Shown: positions 39,255 through 48,582, numbered from the stretch's first letter. The stretch is DNA of 64,000 bases from an uncultured Candidatus Binatia bacterium (GCA_964291295.2 OZ219754.1:2752001-2816000), one strand, 5' to 3'. Notes: generated from the sequence alone by a model not told the origin. A program made the numbers and translations.

Positions 39255-40001
39255 TCAGATCATGAAGTCCCCGCCGTTGACGAGGATGGTCTGCCCGGTA
39301 ACATAACAGGCCGAATCGCCGGCAAGAAAGCCGACAACGTTGGCAATGTCCCGGGGCTCGGCGATACGGCCCAGGGGCACCTGGGCGCCTCTCTCGCGCA
39401 GCGATTCCTCGGAGCGGTGCTGGCGCGGCATGGCGGTATCGGCGGTGCCCGGGGCGACGGAGTTCACGGTAATGCCATGGGGCGCCAATTCCCGCGCCAG
39501 CCCGCGGACAAGACCCAGCACCGCGGCCTTGGAGGCGGCGTAGTGCGCGTGTCCGGCGGCTCCCTTGAAGGCGATGGACGACGCGGTGCAGATGATGCGT
39601 CCGTTTCCCTGCCGCTTCATAGCCGGCACGAAGGCCCGGGCGCACAGGAACTGACCGCCGACGTTGACGTCGAGCACGCGGTCCCACTGCTCCTCCGACA
39701 TGTCCACCACCGTGGAGCGGGGATAGATGCCGGCGTTGGCGACCAGGATGTCCACCCGCCCCCAGCGGTCCAGCGTACGGTCCCGCAACGCGTCCACGGA
39801 AGCCTCGTCGGCCACGTCCACCTGGACCGCCAGCGCTTCTCCCCCCGCCCGCGCCGCCTCGGCGGCGACGCTCCCGGCCGTGGCCGGGTCCATGTCCGCC
39901 GCCACCACCTTCGCTCCGGCGCCCGCCAAGGCAAGGACGATGGCCCGGCCAAGCCCCTGCCCGCCTCCGGTCACCACCGCCACCTTTCGCTCGAGTTTCA
40001 T
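39255..40001 (-). CDS. SDR family oxidoreductase (FabG-like)
   Basis: VTGGGQGLG, ILVANAG, YAASK, VNSVAPG, YVTGQTILVNGG. Confidence 0.93.
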   Translation of the reverse strand: MKLERKVAVVTGGGQGLGRAIVLALAGAGAKVVAADMDPATAGSVAAEAARAGGEALAVQVDVADEASVDALRDRTLDRWGRVDILVANAGIYPRSTVVDMSEEQWDRVLDVNVGGQFLCARAFVPAMKRQGNGRIICTASSIAFKGAAGHAHYAASKAAVLGLVRGLARELAPHGITVNSVAPGTADTAMPRQHRSEESLRERGAQVPLGRIAEPRDIANVVGFLAGDSACYVTGQTILVNGGDFMI

Positions 40002-40309
40002 GGTTCGGTTCCCCTCTCCGCTTCGTGGTGAGTAGCCCGCTTCCGGATGGCTGTCAAACAACGCGGGCCGCGGTCCCGGGCGGCCGCGGAGCCCCTTGGC
40101 ATCCCTGCGGCGATGGCCTATACCGGCGACGGACTTGGCTTCCCCGCCGCCAAGGGGCCAACGGCTCCGGCAATGCCGGACGATGCCACTGCAGTGCCCC
40201 ATTGGCCGGGTCGCCACGCCGGATCGCCGCGGTGGGCCGCTGGCGGACTACGCCGGACCCTCCGGAGAGCGCGCGGCCGGCCGCGAATCCATCGGTCGAG
40301 GTTGACACC

Positions 40310-41251
40310 ATGGCAGACAGCCACATTCCCTGCGGCATCGAGATTCCCCAGGTGTTCATCAACGGACCCGTCGATTCCGGGCACATCAGAAAATTCGTCG
40401 TCCGGGCCGAGGAGCTGGACTACGACAGCCTCTGGACCCAGGAGCGGAATCTCAGCGATTTCTCCATGCTGGAACCGCTCACCCTCATGACCTATGCGGC
40501 GGCGGTGACCTCAAGACTCAGGATCGGCGCCTCGGTGCTGCTGACGGTGCTCCGCAACCCCCTGCAGCTCGCCAAGAGCTTGGCCAGCCTGGACCAGTTG
40601 AGCGGCGGGCGGATCATCGCCGGCATCGGGCTGGGCGGTGTCCGCGGGCGCATGTGGCCGGAGTCGGAGACCGTCTACGGCTATGCTTCCGAACACCGCG
40701 TGACCCGTTTCGTGGAGGGCATCCGGGTCATGCAGGCGCTCTGGCGCGACCCGCAGGTCACCTTCCAGGGCCGGTTCTGGAATTTCACCGATGTCGCCAT
40801 GGAGCCCAAGCCGGCACAGCGGCCATTCCCCTTGTGGTTCGGAGGCCACGCGGAGCCGGCGCTCCGGCGGGCGGTCCGGTTCGGCCACGGATTCATGGGA
40901 GCGGGTTCCTCCCCCACCGAGCGTTTCATCAAGGAGCATGAACGGATCACGCGTTTCCTGGACGAGGCCGGACGGGACCCCGCGAGCTTCGCCATCTCCA
41001 AGCGTGTCTACCTGGCCGTGGACAACGACCGCCACCGGGCGGAGCGCCGTCTGCGGGAGTTTTTCGCGGTGCGGTACCGGAACGCCGACCTCGCCTCGCG
41101 GGTGTGCATCCGGGGCGGACGCCAGGAGGTCATCGACAGGCTCAATGAGGTGGTGCGCGCCGGCGCCCGCCACCTGCTGCTCAATCCCGCCTTTGACGAG
41201 ATGGAGCATCTCGAACTCCTTGCGGAAGAGGTCGTCCCTCACTTGGGCTAG
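40310..41251 (+). CDS. LLM class flavin-dependent oxidoreductase
   Basis: AEELDYDSLW, EPLTLMTYAAAVTSRLRIG, LDQLSGGR, PKPAQ, WFGG. Confidence 0.92.
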   Translation: MADSHIPCGIEIPQVFINGPVDSGHIRKFVVRAEELDYDSLWTQERNLSDFSMLEPLTLMTYAAAVTSRLRIGASVLLTVLRNPLQLAKSLASLDQLSGGRIIAGIGLGGVRGRMWPESETVYGYASEHRVTRFVEGIRVMQALWRDPQVTFQGRFWNFTDVAMEPKPAQRPFPLWFGGHAEPALRRAVRFGHGFMGAGSSPTERFIKEHERITRFLDEAGRDPASFAISKRVYLAVDNDRHRAERRLREFFAVRYRNADLASRVCIRGGRQEVIDRLNEVVRAGARHLLLNPAFDEMEHLELLAEEVVPHLG

Positions 41252-41253
41252 CC

Positions 41254-43700
41254 CTACCCATGCCCCACAAGTGATGCGAGAGTAAAGAGGGTGGCCGTTG
41301 TTTTCACGTTATCTGCTCCATCATGAGTTGGTATCCGATGCACCATTCAACGAGGGTGAGGTGACCCCGCCAGATCACCATTGTTCCCGGGGGTGGTCCA
41401 CGGGTGCGATGGATATGACCGCCGATCCGCGCCAGGGTGAGGACGGCGGTGGCCAGGGTATCGGGAGGGGCGTAGCGCTGTCGCGCGGCGAAGGCCTTCA
41501 GCGCCTTGATTTCGAGTTCGGAGAACAGGATGTCGGGTGACAGGTCCGGATGATCGCGTCCGAGCAGTGTCATCAGGTGAATGCGCCATGCGATGACAAG
41601 GTTGATGGCGACGGCCCGGGCGAGGCGGTCGGCCGAGCGGTTTTCGAGTTCCTCGACCTTGCAACCGGACTTCAGGATCCGGTGCCAGTCCTGGATCCGC
41701 CAGCGCCGGGCGTAGTACCCGACCAGGGTCCTGCAGTCCTCCAGGGTGTCGGTGGGAAGGGTGGTGAACAGCAGCCAGCGGATGGGGACGGCATCGACGG
41801 GCGTACGCTCCTCCTCGACCATCACCGCCTGCAGGCGGATCGGCGGCTTGCCCTGATTCTTGGGGCTCGTGGGTGCGAGTTCCACGGTCTGGGCGCGCAC
41901 CGTCAGGGTGGCGCAGCGCGCCGTGCGGGCGGCCTTGGCCGGGCGCTTGCTTCGCTTGGGCCGTGGGGTCAGCCGGTCCAAGGCGACGATCAGGGTGCCG
42001 AGGACCGGGGCCGCCTGCAGGGCCTTCCGCACCGATGTGGCCGGGCCGGTGGCGCCGTAGGCATGGACAGCGGCCACCCGGCGGGTCTGCTTGCCTCGCA
42101 CCAGGATGTCGGCGTCCGGGTGCGCCTGTTGCGTCTCGAAGACCTCGAAGGCGTCCGCCTCCCGATCCATCACGCAGACCACCCGGCCCTCCGGGAGGTC
42201 CCGGCCCAGCGCGGCACAGTTCCGGTACCCTTCGAGCCAGCGTCCGGTCTTGCTCGGTTCGGGTGTCCTCGGCTCGTCCTTGGCCGGCGGTGCATCAAAA
42301 CGGGCCCCGACAACCCCCAGCGGCAGGCCGCTCGGGGTCACCGCCAGTGTCGAATGCAGATGCAGGCCCCGTGAAACGGCGCCGGTCTGGTTGACACCGA
42401 TGACCCCGAGCCCCTCGCAGCCCGGACGCGATGCAAAGTTCAGGTCCGTGCCGTCCTGGATGCACAGCACCACCGGCTCGGCCCGCATGCGCTCCCGCGT
42501 GCGGGCACGGTGCGGCTCCAGGATGGCCGCCGGCGTCACCGCGGTCCTGTGGGGCTGGTCGATGAACCGGTAGTACCCCTTGATCTCGGCCCGGTTGCCG
42601 CTCGCGGCCTGCGGAAAGGACCCCATCGGTCGTGCTCCCTTCAACTGCGCAATCGCCACCAGACGGGCGCTCAGACGGGCATCGCCGAACGCCGCGCCGC
42701 CCAACTCCGCCCCGGCCCAGGACGGCCCGTCAAGACCCTCCGCCGGGTCCAGCCTGAGGGTGTCCGCCGGGGGCGGTGAGACACCCAGGCGGGTGCGCCA
42801 GTCACCCACCAGTTCATGGATATAGACCGCCTTGCCCCCCACCGCCACAGCGTGGCCACCGTCCTGCCGACCCCGGCCTGCAGTCTCGCCCAGCCACCGC
42901 CAGTTGCCGGCCCGCAGGCTGGCCCCACCATGGGGCGGCGACACGAAGGTCTCCATGAGCCATGGCGCGAAACCATAGCGCGCGGCAAAATCCGCCCCGA
43001 AGCGGCGCAGAAGCTGTCCCAGCACATGCGACGCCAAGTTGCGGCAGCGCACTTCCGGTCGGATCAGGAACCGGGACAAACCCACCACCCGGTGCAGATG
43101 CTGCCGGCGCGTCGCCGCGTCCCAGCCGATCCAGCGGTCCCGCACCGCAAGCTGCAGGGCCGATGCCGCCACCCCCATGGCCCCCAGCCAGCCGTGCTCC
43201 GACCCCAGCAAATACCGCATCTGCCGGCCCACCAGCGGCCCGGCCCCCTGCGGATGCTCGTGCTCCATCAGTCCCTGCCAGATCTCCCGCTGTGCCGGAT
43301 CCACAACCGCAACCAGCGCCAGACCCCGAACCTCACCAACCTCCGCCGGAACCCCCCGTGCCGGCGCCACCGGCGACGACCGGCGCCGCCGGACACAACT
43401 CCCACCGGGCGTTCGCCGGGCCGGAAGCCGGATCTGCCCGGCCCGCTCCAGAGCCCGCAGGGCGGACAGGCAGGTGGAAATCTGAGGCTGCCCCCGGCCA
43501 TCGCGGAAACCGAAATCAGCACACAGACGTTCGGCAAGCGCCGTGCGATGCGGAATGCCCCCCGCATCCAGAAGCTCGGTGATATGATGCACCGACCCAG
43601 GCTGGGCAAGCTGGTGCCGGATCTGGTGCTGAACATCCATGGCCCGCACCGTAGCACCGCCCGAATCAAATGTCCAGCATCACTTGTGGGGCATGGGTAG
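41254..43700 (-). mobile_element. IS4-family (Tn5/IS50-like) insertion sequence with perfect terminal inverted repeats
   Basis: AGCCCTACCCATGCCCCACAAGTGATGC at 41250-41277 is the exact reverse complement of 43677-43704 (28 bp; the outer 4 bp may be target). No target-site duplication. Confidence 0.9.
41304..43640 (-). CDS. Transposase fusion: N-terminal DUF4338 domain plus Tn5-like DNA-binding and DDE domains, catalytic Glu replaced by Gln
   Basis: DUF4338: RDRWIGW, SRFLIRP...NLASH, METFV, AGNWRWLGETAGRG. Tn5-like: FGDARL, IQDGTDL, VMDREAD, YARRWRIQDWHRILKSG. Confidence 0.88.
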   Translation of the reverse strand: MDVQHQIRHQLAQPGSVHHITELLDAGGIPHRTALAERLCADFGFRDGRGQPQISTCLSALRALERAGQIRLPARRTPGGSCVRRRRSSPVAPARGVPAEVGEVRGLALVAVVDPAQREIWQGLMEHEHPQGAGPLVGRQMRYLLGSEHGWLGAMGVAASALQLAVRDRWIGWDAATRRQHLHRVVGLSRFLIRPEVRCRNLASHVLGQLLRRFGADFAARYGFAPWLMETFVSPPHGGASLRAGNWRWLGETAGRGRQDGGHAVAVGGKAVYIHELVGDWRTRLGVSPPPADTLRLDPAEGLDGPSWAGAELGGAAFGDARLSARLVAIAQLKGARPMGSFPQAASGNRAEIKGYYRFIDQPHRTAVTPAAILEPHRARTRERMRAEPVVLCIQDGTDLNFASRPGCEGLGVIGVNQTGAVSRGLHLHSTLAVTPSGLPLGVVGARFDAPPAKDEPRTPEPSKTGRWLEGYRNCAALGRDLPEGRVVCVMDREADAFEVFETQQAHPDADILVRGKQTRRVAAVHAYGATGPATSVRKALQAAPVLGTLIVALDRLTPRPKRSKRPAKAARTARCATLTVRAQTVELAPTSPKNQGKPPIRLQAVMVEEERTPVDAVPIRWLLFTTLPTDTLEDCRTLVGYYARRWRIQDWHRILKSGCKVEELENRSADRLARAVAINLVIAWRIHLMTLLGRDHPDLSPDILFSELEIKALKAFAARQRYAPPDTLATAVLTLARIGGHIHRTRGPPPGTMVIWRGHLTLVEWCIGYQLMMEQIT

Positions 43701-44856
43701 GGCTGCGCTGGGTATCCTGGGAGTTGCGGGTGGGGGTTTCGGGCAAGTCGTCGATCTCGCGTGCGCGCAGCCGTCTGGGATCAAGGCCGTTTCTGGAGTT
43801 GCGCGATGCTTGCGTGAAGCCCCTGGCGGTCCATTCGACGATGGGGTCATGGTACCGGGGCCTTCGTCTGATGGCGATGGACGGCACGACGCTGGCGGTT
43901 CCGGATGAGGCGGAGAACCGGGAGCCGTTCGGACTTCCCGGCCCGTCGCGCGGTCGTGCCGCCTTTCCCCAGCTCAGGCTGTGGGCTCTCACGGAACTCG
44001 GCACCCGGGCACCGTTGGCTTGGTGCGCTGGCCCGTTGTCCGAATCGGAGATGGAACAAGCCGAACGGCTCGTGTCGCACCTCAAGCCGGGCATGCTGGT
44101 GCTGGCGGACCGCTACCATAGCGGGTTTCCCCTGTGGTCGGCGGCCCATGCGAAGGGTGTGCACCTCCTCTGGAGAGTCCGGTCGAACCGGACATTTCCC
44201 GTGCACAAAAGTCTCCCGGACAGCTCCTGGTTGAGCGTCTTCAAAGGTTCCGGCAGGGACCGCAAGCGCAGTCAGGGTAGTGGCCCGGTGCGGGTGGTGA
44301 GCTACCGCCTGCCTGGAACCGATGACACCTATACCTTGATTACCACGCTGCTCGATCCCCAACGAGCACCGGCCTCCGAACTCGCCGCGCTCTACCATGA
44401 ACGCCGGGAAATCGAGACCCCCTGCGACGAGGTGAAAACACACATGCTCGGACCCGGCGCCATGCTCCGCAGCAAAACCCCTGATCTGGTCCATCAGGAA
44501 CTCCACGGCCTGATGCTCGCCCTTTACGCCGTGCGCCACCTCATCCACCAAGCTGCACAACCCTCTGGCGAAGACCCGGATCGACTATCCTTCCTTCACG
44601 CCGTCAATGTCCTCCGTCGTCGCATCGTCAATCCCCGTGATTTTCCCCCCAGGAACCCAACCCATGAACCCTGAACTCGATATTCTCAGCGAAATCCTCG
44701 AAGAACGCGCCGTCTCCAGCCGCGGGCAACTCAAACCCCGAGGCGTCAAGCGCAAAATGAGCAACTTTCCGATTCGGGCTCGAACCCCTCTGTCCCGCAA
44801 GCTCCACCCCTGGACCCCCGTATTCTCCCCTGTTCCTGCTTAATGCAACACTATTG
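43701..44856 (+). mobile_element. Second IS4-family element, 5'-truncated and degenerate
   Basis: SSISRARSRLG, MAMDGTTL, AFPQLR, LADR, LYHERREIE. C-terminal PRGVKRKMS lies in another frame; right end CTTAATGCAACACTATTG at 44839-44856. Confidence 0.8.
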
Positions 44857-44858
44857 GG

Positions 44859-45044
44859 GCTAAACTGACTCATCAACGTCTGCGCCGCAGTGTCTTTCGC
44901 AGCGTCCCGGAACGGATTGCGGCCATCAAGCACTCCTTGGTTTGCCACAATGCCAATCCCAAGCCTTTCGTCCGGACCACCTCCGTCAATGCCATCTTCC
45001 TCAAAATCTCAAAATGCAATACCATTCATGAGACATACCACCAG
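44859..45044 (+). mobile_element. IS630-family 3' remnant (copy a)
   Basis: AKLTHQRLRRSVFRSV...HNANPKPFV...HETYH; homologous to 48118-48300 and 49626-49778. Confidence 0.8.
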
Positions 45045-45045
45045 G

Positions 45046-45170
45046 CGGAACTTCCTTCCGGCGACATCAGCAGGCATACGCAAGCATCAGGGAAGGAGAA
45101 GCATCAAGGAGTTCGCCGCATTTCATTTTCAGGCAACCATGCACCACGGAGAGGCAGCCTGTGCAAGAAT
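45046..45170 (-). repeat. Diverged copy of the lipoprotein promoter/leader (other copy 47266-47371)
   Basis: Shared blocks CGGAACTTCC.TCCGGC.ACATCAGCAGGCAT, CATTTCAT, ACCAC.GAGAGGC and GTGCAAGAAT occur in the same order. Confidence 0.8.
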
Positions 45171-45295
45171 TCCAGAATTATCCGCCCGGCGATTCAAACC
45201 GGTGGACTGTCAGGCCCGTGCGTTCCAGCCGGCACCCGCGACCGCGCCCCTGCCGGTCACCCCGGCCCGCATCGCAGCCCCCGTCAGCGTTCGAG

Positions 45296-45335
45296 AAAAA
45301 AAGGGCGCCCGATCCGTAGATGGATCGGGCGCCCT
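45296..45335 (-). terminator. Intrinsic terminator of the TbpB-like lipoprotein gene
   Basis: AGGGCGCCCGATCC-6 nt loop-GGATCGGGCGCCCT followed by a T run on the minus strand, about 35 nt after the stop. Confidence 0.9.
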
Positions 45336-45368
45336 GCTGCGTGAATCACCGCCGGTGACGGCGGCCCG

Positions 45369-47204
45369 TTACTCCCTGCGGCCGCCGAAGGAGCCGCGAA
45401 ACTCGCCGCTCTTCTTGTCCTTGGACGTGACGTCGAACACGCCGCCCACCTCTTCGCCGTTCGGTCCGAAGAAATGGCCGCTGTACTCCCTCAACTCGTA
45501 CAGGCTGCCGTCTTCGCTCATGGCAAAGCCCACAACGTCACGAAGTTGGGCGGCGGTGAATCCGCCGGCACCGGTTGTTGTGTTGTTGACATTGGTCACT
45601 TTACTGCCAGAGAACCGGTTGCCGTCGATGGTGCCGTGGAATGTGGCGACAGGGACGAGATGTCCGTGGCTCTTTTTGGCAGCATTCGGCCAGAATACCA
45701 CCCTGCGGATTTCCGTCTTGATGGTGCTTTCCCCGAAATCCACCGTTGTGGTTGCGGGTCCATCCATACCTCCGACGGTTGGAGGGTTGTTCTGGGTGCG
45801 CAGTTGCCAAACTGCATCGCCCTCGTAGGTGGCGGTACCGAAGCTTGGCATGTTGGCAGTCGGGGTCGGCCCCTTGCCCGGCAGCGCCTGGACGAATGTG
45901 ATGCCAAGGTGGGTCCGGTTTGACTTCTTGTTCCACATGCCGAAGTTCATGTGCTCGTAGGGCTTCGTCTCCGGGAAATCCGGCACATCGTAGACGAGCA
46001 ACGGACGGTACTTGAGTCCCGTGGCACCCTCGGCTCCGGTGCTCAGAAGATAGACCTTTTTCCCGCTGCTATCCGTGTAGTAGTAGACCCCCACGCCCGC
46101 GTTCGCGTCCGTGTGCGTCACATTGATCCAGTCATTGGCATTCGTCTTGTCGAATTTCGTATGCTCATCGGTGTCGACACGATAGAACTCCCCCTCCGCC
46201 CGCATGATCTTGTAGGTCTTGCTGTCAACGGTGCGCGAGCCGAACGGATTTTCTGCCGTGACCGGGGCCGTGAACTCGGCACCGTTAGTACCGCTGTCCT
46301 TGCGGTAGGCCTTCACCGCCTTGGTGTTGGTGATATATTTGTCGATCAGCCAGAGACGAAACTGCTCCGATTCGGTGATGGAACCCAGCTCCTCCGAGTC
46401 GATGCCGGAACCGATCTGTTCCGAGTCGGTGTAGGAACCGATCGTGATGATGCGTCCATAGAATCCCGTCCGGGCAGCCACCTCCGGCTTGTTCTCGGTT
46501 GCCGCCACGTAGGCGACGGGTTCCTTTGAGTGACGAGTTGAGTCGTCCGTGAGGTCGCCGGCCTTGCCGCTCTCCACCGTCTTGCCGCCGGTCTTGACCG
46601 TGACCTTGGGGGCACCTGCGGTGATGCGCGTGCCGCCGTACTCGTAGGTCATTCCCTCGACATGCCGGACCTCCCTGGCTGCGGCTTCCGTGGCCATCTT
46701 CGCCTTTTCGGCGGCTGTCGCCGCCTGAGCCTCGGCCTGAGCCTGAGCCGCCTCGGCTGCGGCTTGGGCCTTGGTGGCCGCACGCACGTCGCTCGTGGCC
46801 GCGGCCTTGTCCGACTCCATCTTGGCCTTGTCGTACTCGGCCTTCGCCATGTTGGCCGCGGTCCGGGCCTCATCCGCGTAGGTCTTCGCCGTCATGGCGC
46901 CCTTGGGAACATGGTGGAACACCAGACCCATGGTCGCGGTTTCCGCCTCATCGGCCGACGTCCCGGCGTTGTCGGACGCCGTCATGGCCTTGCCGGATGC
47001 CGTCATGGCCGCGGTCCGAGCCTCCTTCAGAATCGTCTCAACTTCCGTCAGCGGGGGGGGGGGGGGGGGGGTAGGAGTGTCCGGGGTCCGGTTGTTGCTG
47101 CTGCCACCGCATGCCGCAAGCCCGACGGCCAGCACCACCGCACCGAAGATCGCCCCCACATTCCTGTGCCTCATCCTGTACTTCAATATCCTCTCCCTTT
47201 TCAT
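45369..47204 (-). CDS. Surface lipoprotein with C-terminal TbpB-like beta-barrel (transferrin-binding-protein-like)
   Basis: RBS GGGAGGAG; lipobox GLAAC-GGSS; Pro linker; Ala-rich coiled coil; MPSFGTATYEG, VDFG, GTIDGNRFSG, GHFFGPNGEEVGGVF, GSFGG. Confidence 0.85.
   Translation of the reverse strand: MKRERILKYRMRHRNVGAIFGAVVLAVGLAACGGSSNNRTPDTPTPPPPPPLTEVETILKEARTAAMTASGKAMTASDNAGTSADEAETATMGLVFHHVPKGAMTAKTYADEARTAANMAKAEYDKAKMESDKAAATSDVRAATKAQAAAEAAQAQAEAQAATAAEKAKMATEAAAREVRHVEGMTYEYGGTRITAGAPKVTVKTGGKTVESGKAGDLTDDSTRHSKEPVAYVAATENKPEVAARTGFYGRIITIGSYTDSEQIGSGIDSEELGSITESEQFRLWLIDKYITNTKAVKAYRKDSGTNGAEFTAPVTAENPFGSRTVDSKTYKIMRAEGEFYRVDTDEHTKFDKTNANDWINVTHTDANAGVGVYYYTDSSGKKVYLLSTGAEGATGLKYRPLLVYDVPDFPETKPYEHMNFGMWNKKSNRTHLGITFVQALPGKGPTPTANMPSFGTATYEGDAVWQLRTQNNPPTVGGMDGPATTTVDFGESTIKTEIRRVVFWPNAAKKSHGHLVPVATFHGTIDGNRFSGSKVTNVNNTTTGAGGFTAAQLRDVVGFAMSEDGSLYELREYSGHFFGPNGEEVGGVFDVTSKDKKSGEFRGSFGGRRE
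47053..47071 (-). repeat. C19 homopolymer in the lipoprotein 5' coding region
   Basis: 19 consecutive G on the plus strand, encoding T-PPPPPP; currently in frame. Confidence 0.9.
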
Positions 47205-47338
47205 TCTCGAATCTCCTCCCGCCTTCAGAAGCCGCTTTGGTACAATGCGCCTTGGTACGATGCCACGGAACTTCCCTCCGGCAACATCAGCAGGCATTCA
47301 GAAAGCGTCAAGGCTTCGTCCCATTTCATCTCCGGCGG

Positions 47339-47367
47339 CCTATACCACAGAGAGGCTGACCGTGCAA
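47339..47367 (-). promoter_or_regulatory. Putative sigma70 promoter of the lipoprotein gene
   Basis: TTGCAC-N17-TATAGG with an extended -10 TG. Confidence 0.55.
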
Positions 47368-47369
47368 GA

Positions 47370-48117
47370 ATCTGCAAGGGGTCGAGCGCGACCCACGGTG
47401 AGGCTCCGGAAGGGTGTGCGCTGTCAGAGGTGGAGGTGTGTCTGGTGAAACCGGAGGAGCGTCCGGACTGGGACGTGCTGATGGACACGCATCATTATCT
47501 GGGTTTTCGCCGTCTGGCAGGCCGCGGCCTTCGCTATGTAGCCACCTTCAGAGGTCGATGGCTGGGCTTGCCGGCGTGGCAGAACGGCGCCTTCAGGTGC
47601 CGACCGCGGGACCGTTGGACCGGCTGGCGGACGAAGCAGCCGTTCGAGCTTCTGGGTCTGATCGCCAACAGCACGCGCCTTCTGCTGCTCTCCAAGCCCG
47701 GTGTGTTTCCGAATCTTGCCTCCCATTGCGTGGCGCGGATGACCCGCCGGCTGACGGACGACTGGCTGGCGGCGCACGGTCATCAGGTGCTTGTGGCCGA
47801 GACGTTCTGCGATCCGGGGTTGTTTGCGGGCACGCTTTACAAGGCGGCGGGCTGGCAGGCACTGGGCAGGACCCGCGGGTTTGCCCGCGCCAACGGGCGC
47901 TACATCGACCCTCATGGTCGGCGGAAGGAGATAGGGGGCACGCCGCTGCGGCCCGACGCCCGGGCGCTGTTTTCGAACCCGCGTCCGCTGCCCCCCGAGG
48001 TGGCGCCTCCGGCCGCCCTCGGTCTGGCTCCCCGCAACCCGGTGGCGATGCGCTCCCTGTATGCCGAACGGGCGGCCGTGCCGGACTTCCGCCGGGCGCA
48101 GGGCCGGAAGCACTCGG
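47370..48117 (+). mobile_element. ISAs1-type transposase fragment with N-terminal DUF4338, cut by an IS630 remnant
   Basis: WDVLMDTHHYLG...RDRWTGW...NLASH...AETFCDP...GTLYKAAGWQALGRTRG, then AVPDFRRAQGRKH (start of the ISAs1-associated domain). Confidence 0.8.
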
Positions 48118-48515
48118 TAGTGGTGTGTCTCATGAATGGCCTTGCATCTTGAGATCTTGCGCAGGATGGAGTTGACGGGGGTGGTCCGGACGAAAGGCTT
48201 GGGATTGGCATTGTGGCAAGCCAAGGAGTGCTTGATGGCCGCATTCCGTTCCGGGACGCTGCGAAAGACACTGCGGCGCAGACGTTGATGAGTCAGTTTA
48301 GCGAACCAACTCTCGACGAGATTGGGCCAAGAGGTACGGGTAGGCGTGAAATGGAGTTGGAAGCGGGGGTGAGCGGCCAGCCACCGGCACACCGCTTCAT
48401 GCTTATGGGTTCCGTAGTTGTCCAGGATGATGTGCCGGGTCCGGTCGCGGGGGAACGCACGGTCGAGGCGCCGCAGGAACTCCTGATGCCGATGGCGTCC
48501 GTGGCACTGACCGAT
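48118..48515 (-). mobile_element. IS630-family 3' remnant (copy b)
   Basis: RHRHQEFLRRL, HIILDNYGTHKH, HPRFQLHFTPTRTSWPNLVESWF; end GAGACACACCACTA. Confidence 0.85.
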
Positions 48516-48582
48516 GAAGGCGCTTCGTCCAGGTACGACCGACCCCGACCGTGCAGCAGCCGGCCCGCTGACGGCTACGGTC

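Noticed and set aside
41304-48117. Druantia defence system
   Set aside because: DUF4338 occurs only fused to transposases; no DruE-like helicase or other Dru genes are present.
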